A stretch of DNA of 63,561 nt, counting the filler, from Corallochytrium limacisporum Hawaii (taxonomy: Eukaryota > Protista > Pluriformea): assembly GCA_002811645.1 (NCBI GenBank). It is 8 parts of 8 records of this genome, joined end to end, with 100 filler letters (N's around TTAATTAATTAA, not from the genome) between each part and the next. Parts side by side here need not be neighbours in the genome. Positions count along the whole stretch, not along the records: positions 19,010 to 34,220 come from PDIP01000177.1; 7 more parts are not named here. One strand, given 5' to 3'. How positions within the stretch are numbered: the first letter of the stretch is position 1; every line of letters begins with the position of its first letter. Made by a program: the position numbers and the translations under genes. The notes beneath the pieces were generated by a model. The model ran no database searches, had not been told where the DNA came from, and saw only the letters and a program-made list of their open reading frames with translations. Shown here one piece after another: positions 22,838 through 33,875 of this stretch.

Positions 22838-25800
22838 TCATGCATAAAGGAGACTGCGTCCCAATGCTGCCGTCATACGGCCTGCCATAGCTGTGCGCGT
22901 AAGCGGTTCGTCGGCCCAGCGCAGAAGAGAGTGGAGGTCGCGCGCATCTACATCTCCACTGGCGCTGCAGATGCGATTCGCATAGGCAGCAGCAATGACC
23001 TTACCAGCTTTGCGGTAGTCAGCCTTTCCACCCGCGGCAGATGGTCCGAAAATAGATGCGTTGAGCATCTCCAGAGACCTTTGGCAATCCGTCAGGGACT
23101 GGTCTGGGAAGGTCAGCAGATCGATGTAGGCACGCAAGACAGCCCCTCCGGCCATCCAGGTCGCTTCGTCGACCTTCAGAGCGTCTTCAGCAGCCGTAGA
23201 ACTGCTGCCGAAGTCCGTTGGTGCACCAGGTTGCAGAGTGACAAGGAAATCATTACACTGGCGCAGAAGACCAAGATCACCATGAACAATGGCCATGACA
23301 GCCAGGCGGTCAATGACAAGGTGGTGGCTCCTCAGAGCTTTACCGGCCTTGACAAATAGTTTTGCAGCCAGCAGGACGCGGCCATGGTAGAGCGCATGCT
23401 GCGCTTTGGCCTCCCATAGCCACGCCGCCGGCACACCAAAGCTTTGGGCTTGCAAATCGGAATCATCCAAGACTGCAATAGGGTCTTCATTGCCGAATTC
23501 ATTCGTGGCCACGAAGCTGCGACAGTGGCGAGTAAGCACACCCTTGACAGCAACGGTGCGCTGCTCTGCCCTATCCATGTGACAGAGCACAAAGCAGGCC
23601 CATGGCCACTGTCCGTCATTCTCCAGTTGTGCCGCGTACTGCACGCAGAGGTAGTCGTAGCTGATCGCGAGACGTAGCGGGGTGAGCTTTAGGGCAGTCA
23701 CAATGTGCCACTGCAGTGCGTAATGATTGGCATCCATTGCAATGGAGACTGGCAGGATGTCAGTGTCACTGAGCGGACTGTTCTCGCAGTACGACCGCAA
23801 GACAGAGAAAGCCAAGTCTGTACCACTGTTACGGCTATCTCCGGTGTTATTGCCATCAAAATAGTCTGGGATCGGAGCCTGGTACTTCCCGGTGTGCATA
23901 TCACCGTAGCTCTCCCAGGCTTTCTCAATAAACTGATTTACACCAGTGAGGTCCGAATACCAGAGGTGCACGCCAAATGCCCTTCGCCAGTCCAGTCCGG
24001 CGGCCACCTGGTTTACCCGACCAGCCAGTACAGTGAAAATTGCCTGAAGATCCGGGTCCATGTTCTGATGCTGGGGTTCACCGTCCACCCACACGCGTTG
24101 GTCACGCCAGCAGTCGAGTTGTTGTTGCAAGAGTTCCTGGGCGTTCCCACTGCCGGCCATGCCGATAAGCATGGCCAGGCGCGGGCAGTCATTCTCCTCC
24201 GCCATGGTGGCAGCCAGAGTGAGGTCGTTGCTTACTATAGCCATGAGAATGTCAAAGTAGATACCTCGTTCACCACCAAACTGGCGAATGTCATGCTGGC
24301 ACCGCCGTGTACATTCTGCTGCGAGCCATTCGCTCACGGCTTGGCGCCGGGAAAGGGCATTGCGGTAGGCGTCCTCTCTGTAGCCTCCCAAAAGCAGGCG
24401 GTCATGTAATGTACCAAAGAGTGCCTGAACCAGGGACAGGACTGATGCAGCCATGCGACGGTAGCCGCCAGATTGGGCCCGGCGAGCATAGTTTGGTGTG
24501 CCGTCCGACAGTTCAACTGGCATACCAGCAAGTTCCTCTCCATCGTCTCTATCCAAATCATCGTTGCCAGCGATGTCGTTTTCGTTTTCGTCTTCATCGT
24601 CATCGACATCCTCCATCATAGCTGCTCCCTCACTTCTAGCAGTCGTGTTATTTTCTTCGTCCGCTGGACTTGCCGTGTCACCTGGTCTGTGCCGTGCTGC
24701 CGCGACTAATAGTTTCACAAGTCCATCAAAGTCGTTGGAATCGTAGGTGAAGTAAGGAGACTCCGGGCCCGCAGTTGTGGTGGCCGATTTCACGGCTATA
24801 TCTCGCTGCAGAGCCAAAAAATGCAGAAGTAAATTGTTAACGCAGCGCCTACTGCCATTAATACCCTGGATCTCGACCATAGTACCGCGCGACACCTTGG
24901 CATCGCTGCCTTCCTTCAGAGTCAGCGTGCGAGCAGCCACCCCAACGGTGCCCAATACTCGCTGCGATGCTATTCCTGGGGGAAGCACAACCCGCGCAAA
25001 TGTGCCCATCGCCAAAGCCGCGACACCTGAACTACGAAGCGCCACCGCGAGATCAGACGCAGCGGTGGTTTTGTACGGCACGACGTTCAGAGCCTTGCCA
25101 CTATCTTCAACGCCTTGGGCCGGGCCTGGTGCATCAAAAATCCGACGCAGACGATCCCGTGACTCCTGGTCCGCGTCCACAACCAAACCGAGACGGCTCA
25201 ATCCAGGCACACGCCTAGGGAGGACTCCTCCTGCAACTGCAAGGTTCGACTGACCGTCCAACCGGTGCCTCGGACCTGCACTTGTAGTGTCCATGGGTGT
25301 GAATGGCATGGATTGACCGCGATTCTGCACTGGAGTTTTCATCGATGTCTGCGGAGCCCCGCCCCGGAATGGTGTCACCATAGCTTCGTCAGCGGCACTC
25401 ATTTCCTGTACTTCAAATGCCGAACGATCCACAGCACCACCGATGGCTGCTGCCGGCTCCTCATTCACAGATCGTTCGGCCGACTGAAAAAACTGACGAC
25501 GTCGTACATTGGTGTACTCCTGAGCACTCGCCTCCGGGCTCGCAAATGGGAGCTGACGACGGTGATGCTGGATCGCGAAGAAGGAGTCATCCATCGTTTG
25601 CATCGGACTACGGAAATCCTCTTCGTCTGGTGATGTCGGAGTCTCCTGCATTTGTTGAGACTGCTGGCCTCCCTCTGCTTGCTTTTGTCTCTGACGCTCT
25701 GCCATTAGGCGCACGAAATCGGCATCATCCTCGTCATCATCGTCCAAGCCGTACCGACTGAAGTGCTCCACGCGAAAGCGCCATTCACCGCTGCGGTAGC

Positions 25801-28800
25801 CGACGTGCTCAATGCCTCGGCGCTCACAGTATGGCCGAAGTTTGCGTTCCTCAAAGATGCGCTGCACGTCCTCGTCAGGGTCTCGATTCAGGCGACCATC
25901 AGCACCCTTGGGCCAGACGTTTAGAAGAGTAACAATGGCCGGCTTGTTTAGTCCGGAACCCACCGGCGGGTGGGGCACCGTGCCTCCGTCCTCTTCTGAC
26001 GGATACATGACCACCTCGCTCTGGTTAATGTGCAGAATTGCATCCAGATCCAGTCCACGCACGTTCACAGGACCGTCGAAGGATACACTACCGTAACCCA
26101 CGTGGTGTACTTCGAAGCGAGAGAGGTTCATTAGCTGCTCGACACCGTACTGTTCACGTAGCTCGCGGATGGTGGGAACGCAGGAATAGTCCTCGCGCTC
26201 AAGCTTCGGCAAGTCCACGGTACCGGTGCGGCTACGATGGGAGACGTGTGATCCCAAGGCGCTCTTTGCCTTGAGGGCAGCGGACTTTTCACCGCCGATT
26301 CCGTGGTGCAGAGGAGTGGATTCTCCGGCTGCAGCTGCAGCGGAAGCACCCGCACTACTCGTGCCGTTCTTGGATGCCAGGCCGCGCGCCATGCCAAGGC
26401 CAAGGTCGTTGGCTCCGTTGACGCCATCCTGGGCAACTCCTGCCAAAGATACGTCGCCATTACTGCGGGATCCGGAGCCGCCAATGCCATTCATGGGTGG
26501 ACTCTGAGCACTGGCATCCTCGAAACGATCGCCCGGGCTCGGACCGTTGCGTCCAGCAGATCCCGGTGAGCGACCACCTCCGGCACGCATCTCCCGTTCG
26601 AGCGCCGGCTCTCCACTAACGGAAATGATTAGCTGTTTGATGTTCTCGCGAGCCTGGTATTTGCCAGCACTACCGATGACACTGCCAGGAGTGCCACCGA
26701 GGCCAAGCATGCCGCCGGGAGTACGGGCCTCCAGGTTCGTTCCTGCGGTGCCTGGGCGGGCACTGGGCGTGCCAGGTAGGCCATTGGTATCACCACCACG
26801 CTGCGGTGTGCCATTAGCAAGGCCACGGGTGCCACCGATGGCACCAGGCGTGGCACGCGCGGTGCGGGGGCGCACGCGGCCGCTGAATGACGGAGTGACG
26901 CGGTATCGAGGCATGGGAACGCTCTGTGGCGTGACTTTGGCCGTGTACTCCTGCCGGGCCAACGGGGCCGATGTTGCCGTGCTCACCAGCTTCGAGGGTG
27001 ATGCACCGTACGGATTGGAGTCCATACGAGCTGGACGAATGCCACTCAACAGACCACCAGTGTTACCACCCATCAGGGCCAACTGTTGTTGCTGATTCTG
27101 CTGGGCCGCTCCCAATGCTCCGGCTTGAGGTGTGTTAAAGAGCAACGAGCCGCTGGCACCTCCACTCTGGGCTTGGGGAGTGCTAAAGAGACCACCGCCA
27201 GCTGCACCGGGTGTGCTGGTACTACCAAAAAGTCCACCACTGGCCGTGTTGGTGGCACCAGTGGTGCCGAAGAGGCCACCTCCACTGGTGGCCCCCGCGG
27301 TTCCGGTACCGCCGAATAATCCACCTCCGGCACCCTGTTGCTGAGTGCCAGTGTTGCCAAAGAGACCTCCACCAGTAGCACCCCCTGTTCCAGTTTGTCC
27401 AAATGTAAAGCCACCGCTGGTGCCTCCTGCGGTGGCCGGACGATTCCCAAAGAGACCACCGCCTTGTTGATTCTGCTGGACTCCCGTGTTGCCAAACAAA
27501 CCACCTCCCGTGGTCGCAGTAGCCTGGCCCGGGGTGTTTCCAAAGAGACCACCGCCTGGGGCCCCAGGAGTAGTACTAGTGCTGCCGCCAAACAGGCCAC
27601 CTCCGGCCTGTTGCTGCTGCTGTTGCCCTGCACCGGTGGTACCGAATAGACCACCTCCAGCGGTACCCGTGGTTCCGGTACCGAATCCTCCGGCTGTGCC
27701 GGTGTTTCCGAAAAGACCACCTCCAGTACCAGGGGCAGTCGATGGCCTCTGTTGGTTTGTGCCGAAGCTGAAGCCTCCGCCAGTGGCTGCCCCAGTTGTG
27801 CCTGTCGATCCGAAGAGACCACCACTTTGTTGCTGTTGTCCGGTGGTGTTGCTACCAAAAAGTCCTCCTCCAGTGCTACCAGCAGTGCCGGGTCGACTCT
27901 GATTGCCAAACAGTCCTCCAGGTTGCTGCTGATTAGCGGCAGTACCTCCGAAGAGTGCTCCACCTTGCTGCTGCTGCTGCTGTGGCTGAGTTGTGGTTGA
28001 GCCGAACAGGCCACCACTAGCAGTGTTTTGTTGTCCAAAAGCCCCGCCGGTCGCTCCTTGCTGCTGCTGCTGTCCTGTGTTGCCAAACAGGGACGTACCT
28101 CCGGCTCCTGTGTTTGAGGACCCAAAGAGGCCACCACTAGTTGTGTTCTGTTGGCCAGTTTGACCGAAAGTACCACTAGTACCGCCAAAAAGTCCACCGG
28201 GCTTGTTCTGTTGATTGCCGCCGAAGAGACCACCAGTCTGCTGCTGTTGCTGCTGCTGATTTCCACCGAACAGCGACGTGTTACCCCCAGCAGGGTTGGT
28301 CTGGCCAAATGCGCCTCCCGTATTCGTCGAGCCGAACGCACCTCCGGTGGTTTGTCCAAACGCACCAGTCGTACCACTTGTGCTCCCGCCGAACAGGCCA
28401 CCACTACCGGCCTGGTTCTGTTGCGTGGTTTGGCCTCCAAACAGACCACCTCCTGTGGTACCCGTGGAACCAAATCCGCCAGTGGAAGCGCCAAAGGGTT
28501 TGTTCTGTTGATTCTGGCCGAAGAGACCGCCGCCTGTGGTGGAGGAAGCTCCGAAGGCACCACTTGTTGTCTGTTGTGCGGCACCAAATGCACCTCCGGT
28601 AGGATTTGAGGATCCAAATAACCCACCAGGCTGCTGCTGCTGCTGTTGTTGTTGTCCACCAAACAATCCACCACCGGCAGGGTTACTGGTGGATGAACCA
28701 AACAATCCACCACCTCCTGTCTGTGCTCCGGCAGCGGTTCCTACCTTACGACCAGCCATGTAGTCCTCAAGCCGGAGTTCTGCAAAATTTTTTGTGTGGT

Positions 28801-29443
28801 TGATACTCGGATCAAACGTAATACTCTGGAAGTTTTCTGTTGTCTTGTCCGTGTTAATAGTCTTATAGGTGAATGGCTGGCGCAAGCCACCTGTGCCATT
28901 CGCACCTCCCTGGACACCACCACCAGCACCAAAGCCTATATTGCTCTGTCCAAATCCGCCGGTTTGTTGTTGTTGTTGTCCAAACCCTCCACCGATGCCA
29001 CCAGCGCCCAATGTGTTTGTGTTTGTGGCGCCAAAGCCGGTGTTGGATGCACCTCCGAAAGCAGATGTCTGTTGTGGTTGTTGTTGTTGTTGTTGTGGTT
29101 GTCCGAAAAGAGAACCACCAGTGCTCGTGTTGGACTGCCCAAATGCCGGCTTCGGCTGCCCAAAGCCTCCCGTGCTACCAAACCCACCAGCTGTAGTGTT
29201 AGAAGATCCAAACAAACCACTGCTGCCAGTGTTCTGTTGCTGCTGTCCAAAGGCACCTCCTGTTGATGTTGCACCAAATCCAGTGTTCGCAGGCGCACCA
29301 AATCCACCAGTGTTCTGCTGCTGTTGTCCAAAACCTCCAGTCTGTGCGGGCTGTCCAAAGGTACCACCGCCAGCAGGTGCTCCAAAGGCAGTTCCTCCGG
29401 TGGATCCAAAGCCACCTCCAGTGTTGCCCCTCAGGAACGACAT
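22838..29443 (-). CDS. NUP98: Nucleoporin Nup98-Nup96 precursor
   Basis: GLFG/FG repeats, GLEBS motif (FQSIT...KNFAELRLEDY), autoprotease domain with HF|S site (FRVEHFSRYGL, 25757-25765) and a Nup96 region (LDWRRAFGVHLWY, YAAQLE..GQWPWA). Confidence 0.96.
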   Translation of the reverse strand: MSFLRGNTGGGFGSTGGTAFGAPAGGGTFGQPAQTGGFGQQQQNTGGFGAPANTGFGATSTGGAFGQQQQNTGSSGLFGSSNTTAGGFGSTGGFGQPKPAFGQSNTSTGGSLFGQPQQQQQQPQQTSAFGGASNTGFGATNTNTLGAGGIGGGFGQQQQQTGGFGQSNIGFGAGGGVQGGANGTGGLRQPFTYKTINTDKTTENFQSITFDPSINHTKNFAELRLEDYMAGRKVGTAAGAQTGGGGLFGSSTSNPAGGGLFGGQQQQQQQQPGGLFGSSNPTGGAFGAAQQTTSGAFGASSTTGGGLFGQNQQNKPFGASTGGFGSTGTTGGGLFGGQTTQQNQAGSGGLFGGSTSGTTGAFGQTTGGAFGSTNTGGAFGQTNPAGGNTSLFGGNQQQQQQQTGGLFGGNQQNKPGGLFGGTSGTFGQTGQQNTTSGGLFGSSNTGAGGTSLFGNTGQQQQQGATGGAFGQQNTASGGLFGSTTTQPQQQQQQGGALFGGTAANQQQPGGLFGNQSRPGTAGSTGGGLFGSNTTGQQQQSGGLFGSTGTTGAATGGGFSFGTNQQRPSTAPGTGGGLFGNTGTAGGFGTGTTGTAGGGLFGTTGAGQQQQQQAGGGLFGGSTSTTPGAPGGGLFGNTPGQATATTGGGLFGNTGVQQNQQGGGLFGNRPATAGGTSGGFTFGQTGTGGATGGGLFGNTGTQQQGAGGGLFGGTGTAGATSGGGLFGTTGATNTASGGLFGSTSTPGAAGGGLFSTPQAQSGGASGSLLFNTPQAGALGAAQQNQQQQLALMGGNTGGLLSGIRPARMDSNPYGASPSKLVSTATSAPLARQEYTAKVTPQSVPMPRYRVTPSFSGRVRPRTARATPGAIGGTRGLANGTPQRGGDTNGLPGTPSARPGTAGTNLEARTPGGMLGLGGTPGSVIGSAGKYQARENIKQLIISVSGEPALEREMRAGGGRSPGSAGRNGPSPGDRFEDASAQSPPMNGIGGSGSRSNGDVSLAGVAQDGVNGANDLGLGMARGLASKNGTSSAGASAAAAAGESTPLHHGIGGEKSAALKAKSALGSHVSHRSRTGTVDLPKLEREDYSCVPTIRELREQYGVEQLMNLSRFEVHHVGYGSVSFDGPVNVRGLDLDAILHINQSEVVMYPSEEDGGTVPHPPVGSGLNKPAIVTLLNVWPKGADGRLNRDPDEDVQRIFEERKLRPYCERRGIEHVGYRSGEWRFRVEHFSRYGLDDDDEDDADFVRLMAERQRQKQAEGGQQSQQMQETPTSPDEEDFRSPMQTMDDSFFAIQHHRRQLPFASPEASAQEYTNVRRRQFFQSAERSVNEEPAAAIGGAVDRSAFEVQEMSAADEAMVTPFRGGAPQTSMKTPVQNRGQSMPFTPMDTTSAGPRHRLDGQSNLAVAGGVLPRRVPGLSRLGLVVDADQESRDRLRRIFDAPGPAQGVEDSGKALNVVPYKTTAASDLAVALRSSGVAALAMGTFARVVLPPGIASQRVLGTVGVAARTLTLKEGSDAKVSRGTMVEIQGINGSRRCVNNLLLHFLALQRDIAVKSATTTAGPESPYFTYDSNDFDGLVKLLVAAARHRPGDTASPADEENNTTARSEGAAMMEDVDDDEDENENDIAGNDDLDRDDGEELAGMPVELSDGTPNYARRAQSGGYRRMAASVLSLVQALFGTLHDRLLLGGYREDAYRNALSRRQAVSEWLAAECTRRCQHDIRQFGGERGIYFDILMAIVSNDLTLAATMAEENDCPRLAMLIGMAGSGNAQELLQQQLDCWRDQRVWVDGEPQHQNMDPDLQAIFTVLAGRVNQVAAGLDWRRAFGVHLWYSDLTGVNQFIEKAWESYGDMHTGKYQAPIPDYFDGNNTGDSRNSGTDLAFSVLRSYCENSPLSDTDILPVSIAMDANHYALQWHIVTALKLTPLRLAISYDYLCVQYAAQLENDGQWPWACFVLCHMDRAEQRTVAVKGVLTRHCRSFVATNEFGNEDPIAVLDDSDLQAQSFGVPAAWLWEAKAQHALYHGRVLLAAKLFVKAGKALRSHHLVIDRLAVMAIVHGDLGLLRQCNDFLVTLQPGAPTDFGSSSTAAEDALKVDEATWMAGGAVLRAYIDLLTFPDQSLTDCQRSLEMLNASIFGPSAAGGKADYRKAGKVIAAAYANRICSASGDVDARDLHSLLRWADEPLTRTAMAGRMTAALGRSLLYA

Positions 29444-29990
29444 GATCGGAAGACTACTAAAACTGTCTGATCTTTTTGAACAGGGATCAGTATACCATCC
29501 CTAATACTCTCATTACAAGTGAACGCTTCGTGCATTATGATCTTATTTGAATTTCATAAGAATCGCATTTCATCTCTCTTAAGTAGTGTATACGTTGAAA
29601 CAAAATTATATGACTTCTATGGAGGTTTCAGTGACGTCTTGGCTGTTATATTCTGTTGGAACAAACGAAGAGGAGACGAACTCTGGCTGGCGTCCGAAGT
29701 TCAGAATTTTGGAGGGGGAACAAAACTTCACCTGAGGGAATGGAAACCTCCTGCCTTGAGCAGTGACATATTGAACGAACTCAAAACAAGAACCAAAGCA
29801 TAGCAAAAAATAACCGCGAGATAAACGGCTCTGATATGTGTGGTGACTTTCTTTTTCGCAAAGGCATCGGACAAAGCATGATTTCCCGCCTCCACCCCCG
29901 TCTCCTTCCCCTTCCTCACTGCGCCCCCCCCCGCGGGGGGGGGGGGGGTGGTGGGGCCCGTATGGCCGTGTGTGGCTGCAGTTTGTACTG

Positions 29991-30012
29991 GGCTGGCTGG
30001 CTGGCTGGCTGG
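29991..30012. repeat. (GGCT)n tetranucleotide repeat next to a C/G homopolymer block
   Basis: ggctggctggctggctggctgg, with a CnGn tract at 29923-29955. Confidence 0.9.
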
Positions 30013-30369
30013 CCGGCCGTGCCGCACGTCCCAACGCACTTGGTTCCCGTCCTGCTTTCTTTTTGCCCCCAGCCCCTCTCTCAGTCCAGTGGATAGAATT
30101 GTTGTCTTTGTTGATGTATCTCTTCCACGCGCCCTTTTTCTCCTTGTTATGTCCTCTAGAGGGAAGCGAAGGGGAGTCCACTTTTGGGATTGGGCAAATA
30201 AGGAAAAAGGGGGGATTCAAGGCGCTTTCCCTTTGCCTCAGAGCACAGCCCATCGAATCAATTAGAGATTGGGACGATAATCTTTGAACTCCCCCGGATT
30301 TTGGGCTCATGTATTAAGTATGTTTGGTTTATATGCCTTTGCAAATGAAATAGATTTGGAACATATCTC

Positions 30370-31245
30370 CTAGGCGGTGGTCTCCACCTCGGCAGGTTTG
30401 GCATCAGTGGTTTCATCGGTGCCTTCCTTAGTCTCCTTAGAGTCCAGTCCAGAGTAAATGTCAACGACATCCTCCATGAGGTCTTTGTGGCCAAGCTCTT
30501 GCAGCTGTTGCATGTACTTGGCGAAGTCTTCGAAGAACTTATCCTGATCCTTGGCGTATTCCTCAACAATGGGTTTGAATCCCTCGCACCAGATCAGTTC
30601 TAGGTCAGTGTGCAGCATCATAAGCTCACCGGTCTTCTTGTCCTTGTACTGCAGCTTAGGCTTGTCCTTGTCCTCTTCCCATTCCTCGGACAGCAACAGT
30701 TTGTAGTACTCATTGTCAAACTTGAGGGGGTTGTTGGTCCAAGGCCCGATGAAACCGCTGCGCTCCTTGTGGCACCGTCCAACAGAATGGGCACCGCTCA
30801 GCGCAACAATGGCACGGTCATCAAATCCCATCTTGTTGAAAACCCAGCGAACGTGAGAGCGGTCCTTGTCTCCGTCAGGCAAAACACCATCCTCGGAACA
30901 CTCATCAGGCTGTCCGTCCTTGCGACCGGGGCGGAAGGGAATGCGAGGTCCCTCCATCGCGATGATGCCGGCCAGACCAGCCATGGCGAAGAAGTCAGCA
31001 TATGTAATGTCCGGGTAGTTATCCTTAATGTCAATGATTAGGTCACGGGCCACCTCCAGACCGGCATTGCAGCCATAGTTCGCCTCAGGAGCAAAGCGGA
31101 TGGTGCCTCGGGCTCCACCACAGCCCTTTTCCTTCTGGTACGTACCAGAGTCATGCCAGCTCAGACGGATCAAGATGGGTCCACAACCCTTCTCCTTGGC
31201 GCGCTCATAGAGCTCCTTGAAGCAACCGGCGTAGTCAACAGTCAT
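30370..31245 (-). CDS. APX: Class I heme peroxidase, ascorbate peroxidase-like
   Basis: Distal RLSWH, proximal LSGAHSVG, GRCHKERSGF, GPWT..PLKFDNEYY and LMMLHTD motifs. No targeting peptide. ATG at 31245. Confidence 0.9.
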   Translation of the reverse strand: MTVDYAGCFKELYERAKEKGCGPILIRLSWHDSGTYQKEKGCGGARGTIRFAPEANYGCNAGLEVARDLIIDIKDNYPDITYADFFAMAGLAGIIAMEGPRIPFRPGRKDGQPDECSEDGVLPDGDKDRSHVRWVFNKMGFDDRAIVALSGAHSVGRCHKERSGFIGPWTNNPLKFDNEYYKLLLSEEWEEDKDKPKLQYKDKKTGELMMLHTDLELIWCEGFKPIVEEYAKDQDKFFEDFAKYMQQLQELGHKDLMEDVVDIYSGLDSKETKEGTDETTDAKPAEVETTA

Positions 31246-32702
31246 GATGATATGGTAATACAATTATTCGTGACATGAAGTCATTATATTGGTGGTGGAG
31301 AGGTATGAAAATACCCGTTCAAAGACATTGTAAAAATACCTTCGATGTGTCTTTCTTCACCTGTGACAAGAGCAAGGAAAAAAAGACGGAGGCGGTGCCG
31401 ACTCTAACGCGGTATTCTTTTCGTCAAACAGGCCTTGTTCCTGCATCAAAACTCGGTATCCCTTTGGTTTCTCTGCGGTCTCGTCAACCCGCGCGGCGAA
31501 CACGCGAAATATCCTCGTCTGGTGAACCCTGCCGACAGCCAGCACTCATATTCAACCGCTACAGCTCCTTGTGGTACATTCATTACTGGTTTCAGCAAAC
31601 CGGCCAATGAGGGCGTCTGAGCTAACTGCATCTTGACATCCATGTTAGTTGCTCTTGCTATCTAAGGCAACTACAAGTGGACGACGTGGCCTCCATTGCT
31701 GCAGCGGTGGAGTATGCCACGGCAGACTGAAATTTTTATGTTTCGGGAAGGTTTCCTATCAACATCATACTCCGCCCCGTGGTAGAAGTGGCTGTTCTGC
31801 TGCCCTTTGTTCAGACACATGGGATTTTCACACCTACATGTGAAACTTTGGTATAGTAAATATACCAACCCGAAAATCACGCGCGAAATTTTGGACGACG
31901 GCTTCGTCATAAGGTAGACCAAGCGCTCATCGTCATCAAAGATCAACGTGTTGCTGCGACAGTGCTTCTCCCCACGTTCCACTTGAAAGACGAACGAAGA
32001 GAACCAGCTACAACGTGTTATTGATGCCAACAGAGCTCAGAGGGTTGGTCATTTGGTGGTGGCGGCAGGCGGTAACTTAAATTTTTTTCCAGGTCTCCAG
32101 AAACTTCCCAAACACAGAGCATTCATTAGCCCCCACTAGAAGAGACTGCCACCTTGGAGTCCTCCTTACGCCCAAGAACCCCCTAATTCTGGGTTGACCA
32201 ATAGCCACGTAACACTTCCACTGCATACAATCCTTCCTCTTTATCTCCGATGCCATATTCTTCAATGGAATATGGACAACTGCTTCGAGAGCTTCCGCAC
32301 TCATTGCTGACCAGCTCGGCACACGAGAGCATTGAAGAAATGATATGACCTCACTTTCATGCGATCGGACTCCCGCTTTCGGTGAGAAATAATTAGACTC
32401 CTATTGGCCGATTTGTCTAATAATAGACTCCCAGGTAACAAAGTCTATGTCGTCTATATTTTCAAAATACGCCGGATATAATAATAGACAGCGTAGGACA
32501 CATTTGAAGTCCTTGGCTTAGGTTAGGAAGGAAGAGTCGGTGTTCGAGGTACGTGAATTAGCACCGAGACTTAGGCGACCAATTATCCACAGATCACTAT
32601 GCAGCATCAGGAATCATACTACGTAGTCATTCCGCAGATTTGACGTCTAGCAGAGACGCACCATATTGAAGTTAAGATTTCTCGCCAATCAGTTCAAAGT
32701 CG

Positions 32703-33875
32703 CTAGAGATTGTCTGCCCATTTGCCTCTCATTGCCATAAACTTAATCTTGTCCATCGGATACTCTGCAGGACACGTTGAGCCAGCTGGACTACCATCAA
32801 CGTTCTTGGCCAGTTTCAATCGCGTCCCTTCCAATAGTTGCGTAGCAAGTGATGGATATCGTTTCTTCAGTGTAGTAATAACTGACTTCAAACGGCGGTT
32901 GTACTCTCCCGAGTACATCTTGGTCAACTGCCCGTACATTCCAAGATGGTGGACGTCGACACGATAAATGTCCTCAAACTGCGGAAACCAAGCAAGCTGA
33001 TCAAGTGCTTGCTGATCCGGTTCTCGCCAACTAACATAGCTCCAAATGTGAAGAAATTCCAAGGTCTTTTGGTTACACCGTGCCACAATCTCACCAGTCT
33101 GCAGTGCACCAATGTACTTGTGGTCACGGATATTCTGAATGAGATCTAAACCCACTAGTATACCCCAGTCTCCACGATGTCTCTTAGCGATCTCTTCCAA
33201 TTTAAGATCTGGCTTTTTGATGTAAGACACCGTTTCAAAGAAGGCCACCAAATCATATCCCTTCTGGCACGTATCTAAGAGCAGCTGTGCCTGCACCGCC
33301 AGATTTTGACATTGCAAAAATGAGTAGTGGTAACCATGTTTCAACGCATAGCGGTACATGATCGTTCGGCTCCACCACACACTTTCCTCTGCATCGTTAC
33401 GGCCTCTGTTCCACTGCACAATGGCAACTCGTGGTTTGTGTTGACGTTGGATGATTTCTTGTGCAGAATTATCTCGACTACCTCCGTTTACGAAGTGACC
33501 ATAAAGAGCATTCACTTGTTCAGACGTTAAAGTGTCCCAGTTGGTATTCAGTACGTATCGTCCAAAAGGGTCAATCCAGGACGGGTGCAGACCGTTATTT
33601 ATGGACCTACTTGGCACCTCCCGGACAGCTGGTTCCTGATTCCTTTCCTGAGTAACCGTGCCAGCTGAAGGCCGACTCACTACTGTGGTGGTCACGATTA
33701 CTTCATTTTTATGAATACTACTTGCGGAAATTAGAAACGCATGAACCGCAAAGCCTATTACAAAAACGGCCGCCAAAGTCAATAACCTTGACAAACGCGA
33801 AGCTCGTTGTCCCCGGTAACCCAACCTCCGCGGTGAATTCCTTGGTGATGGGTAGGACGAGAATTCAGGCAGCAT
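32703..33875 (-). CDS. Type II membrane glycosyltransferase-like protein (GT34/Mnn10-like, divergent)
   Basis: Basic cytosolic tail, one TM helix and stem, then YALKHGYHY, YDLVAFF, LQTG and PDQQAL resembling GT34 blocks. ATG at 33875. Confidence 0.6.
   Translation of the reverse strand: MLPEFSSYPSPRNSPRRLGYRGQRASRLSRLLTLAAVFVIGFAVHAFLISASSIHKNEVIVTTTVVSRPSAGTVTQERNQEPAVREVPSRSINNGLHPSWIDPFGRYVLNTNWDTLTSEQVNALYGHFVNGGSRDNSAQEIIQRQHKPRVAIVQWNRGRNDAEESVWWSRTIMYRYALKHGYHYSFLQCQNLAVQAQLLLDTCQKGYDLVAFFETVSYIKKPDLKLEEIAKRHRGDWGILVGLDLIQNIRDHKYIGALQTGEIVARCNQKTLEFLHIWSYVSWREPDQQALDQLAWFPQFEDIYRVDVHHLGMYGQLTKMYSGEYNRRLKSVITTLKKRYPSLATQLLEGTRLKLAKNVDGSPAGSTCPAEYPMDKIKFMAMRGKWADNL

Noticed and set aside
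32518-32527. Isolated TTAGG-like words (also near 44511 and 62738)
   Set aside because: One or two imperfect units are expected by chance and are not telomeric arrays.
31300-32700. Short ORFs between APX and the GT-like gene
   Set aside because: They have no recognisable motifs and mostly non-ATG starts, so they cannot be supported as genes.
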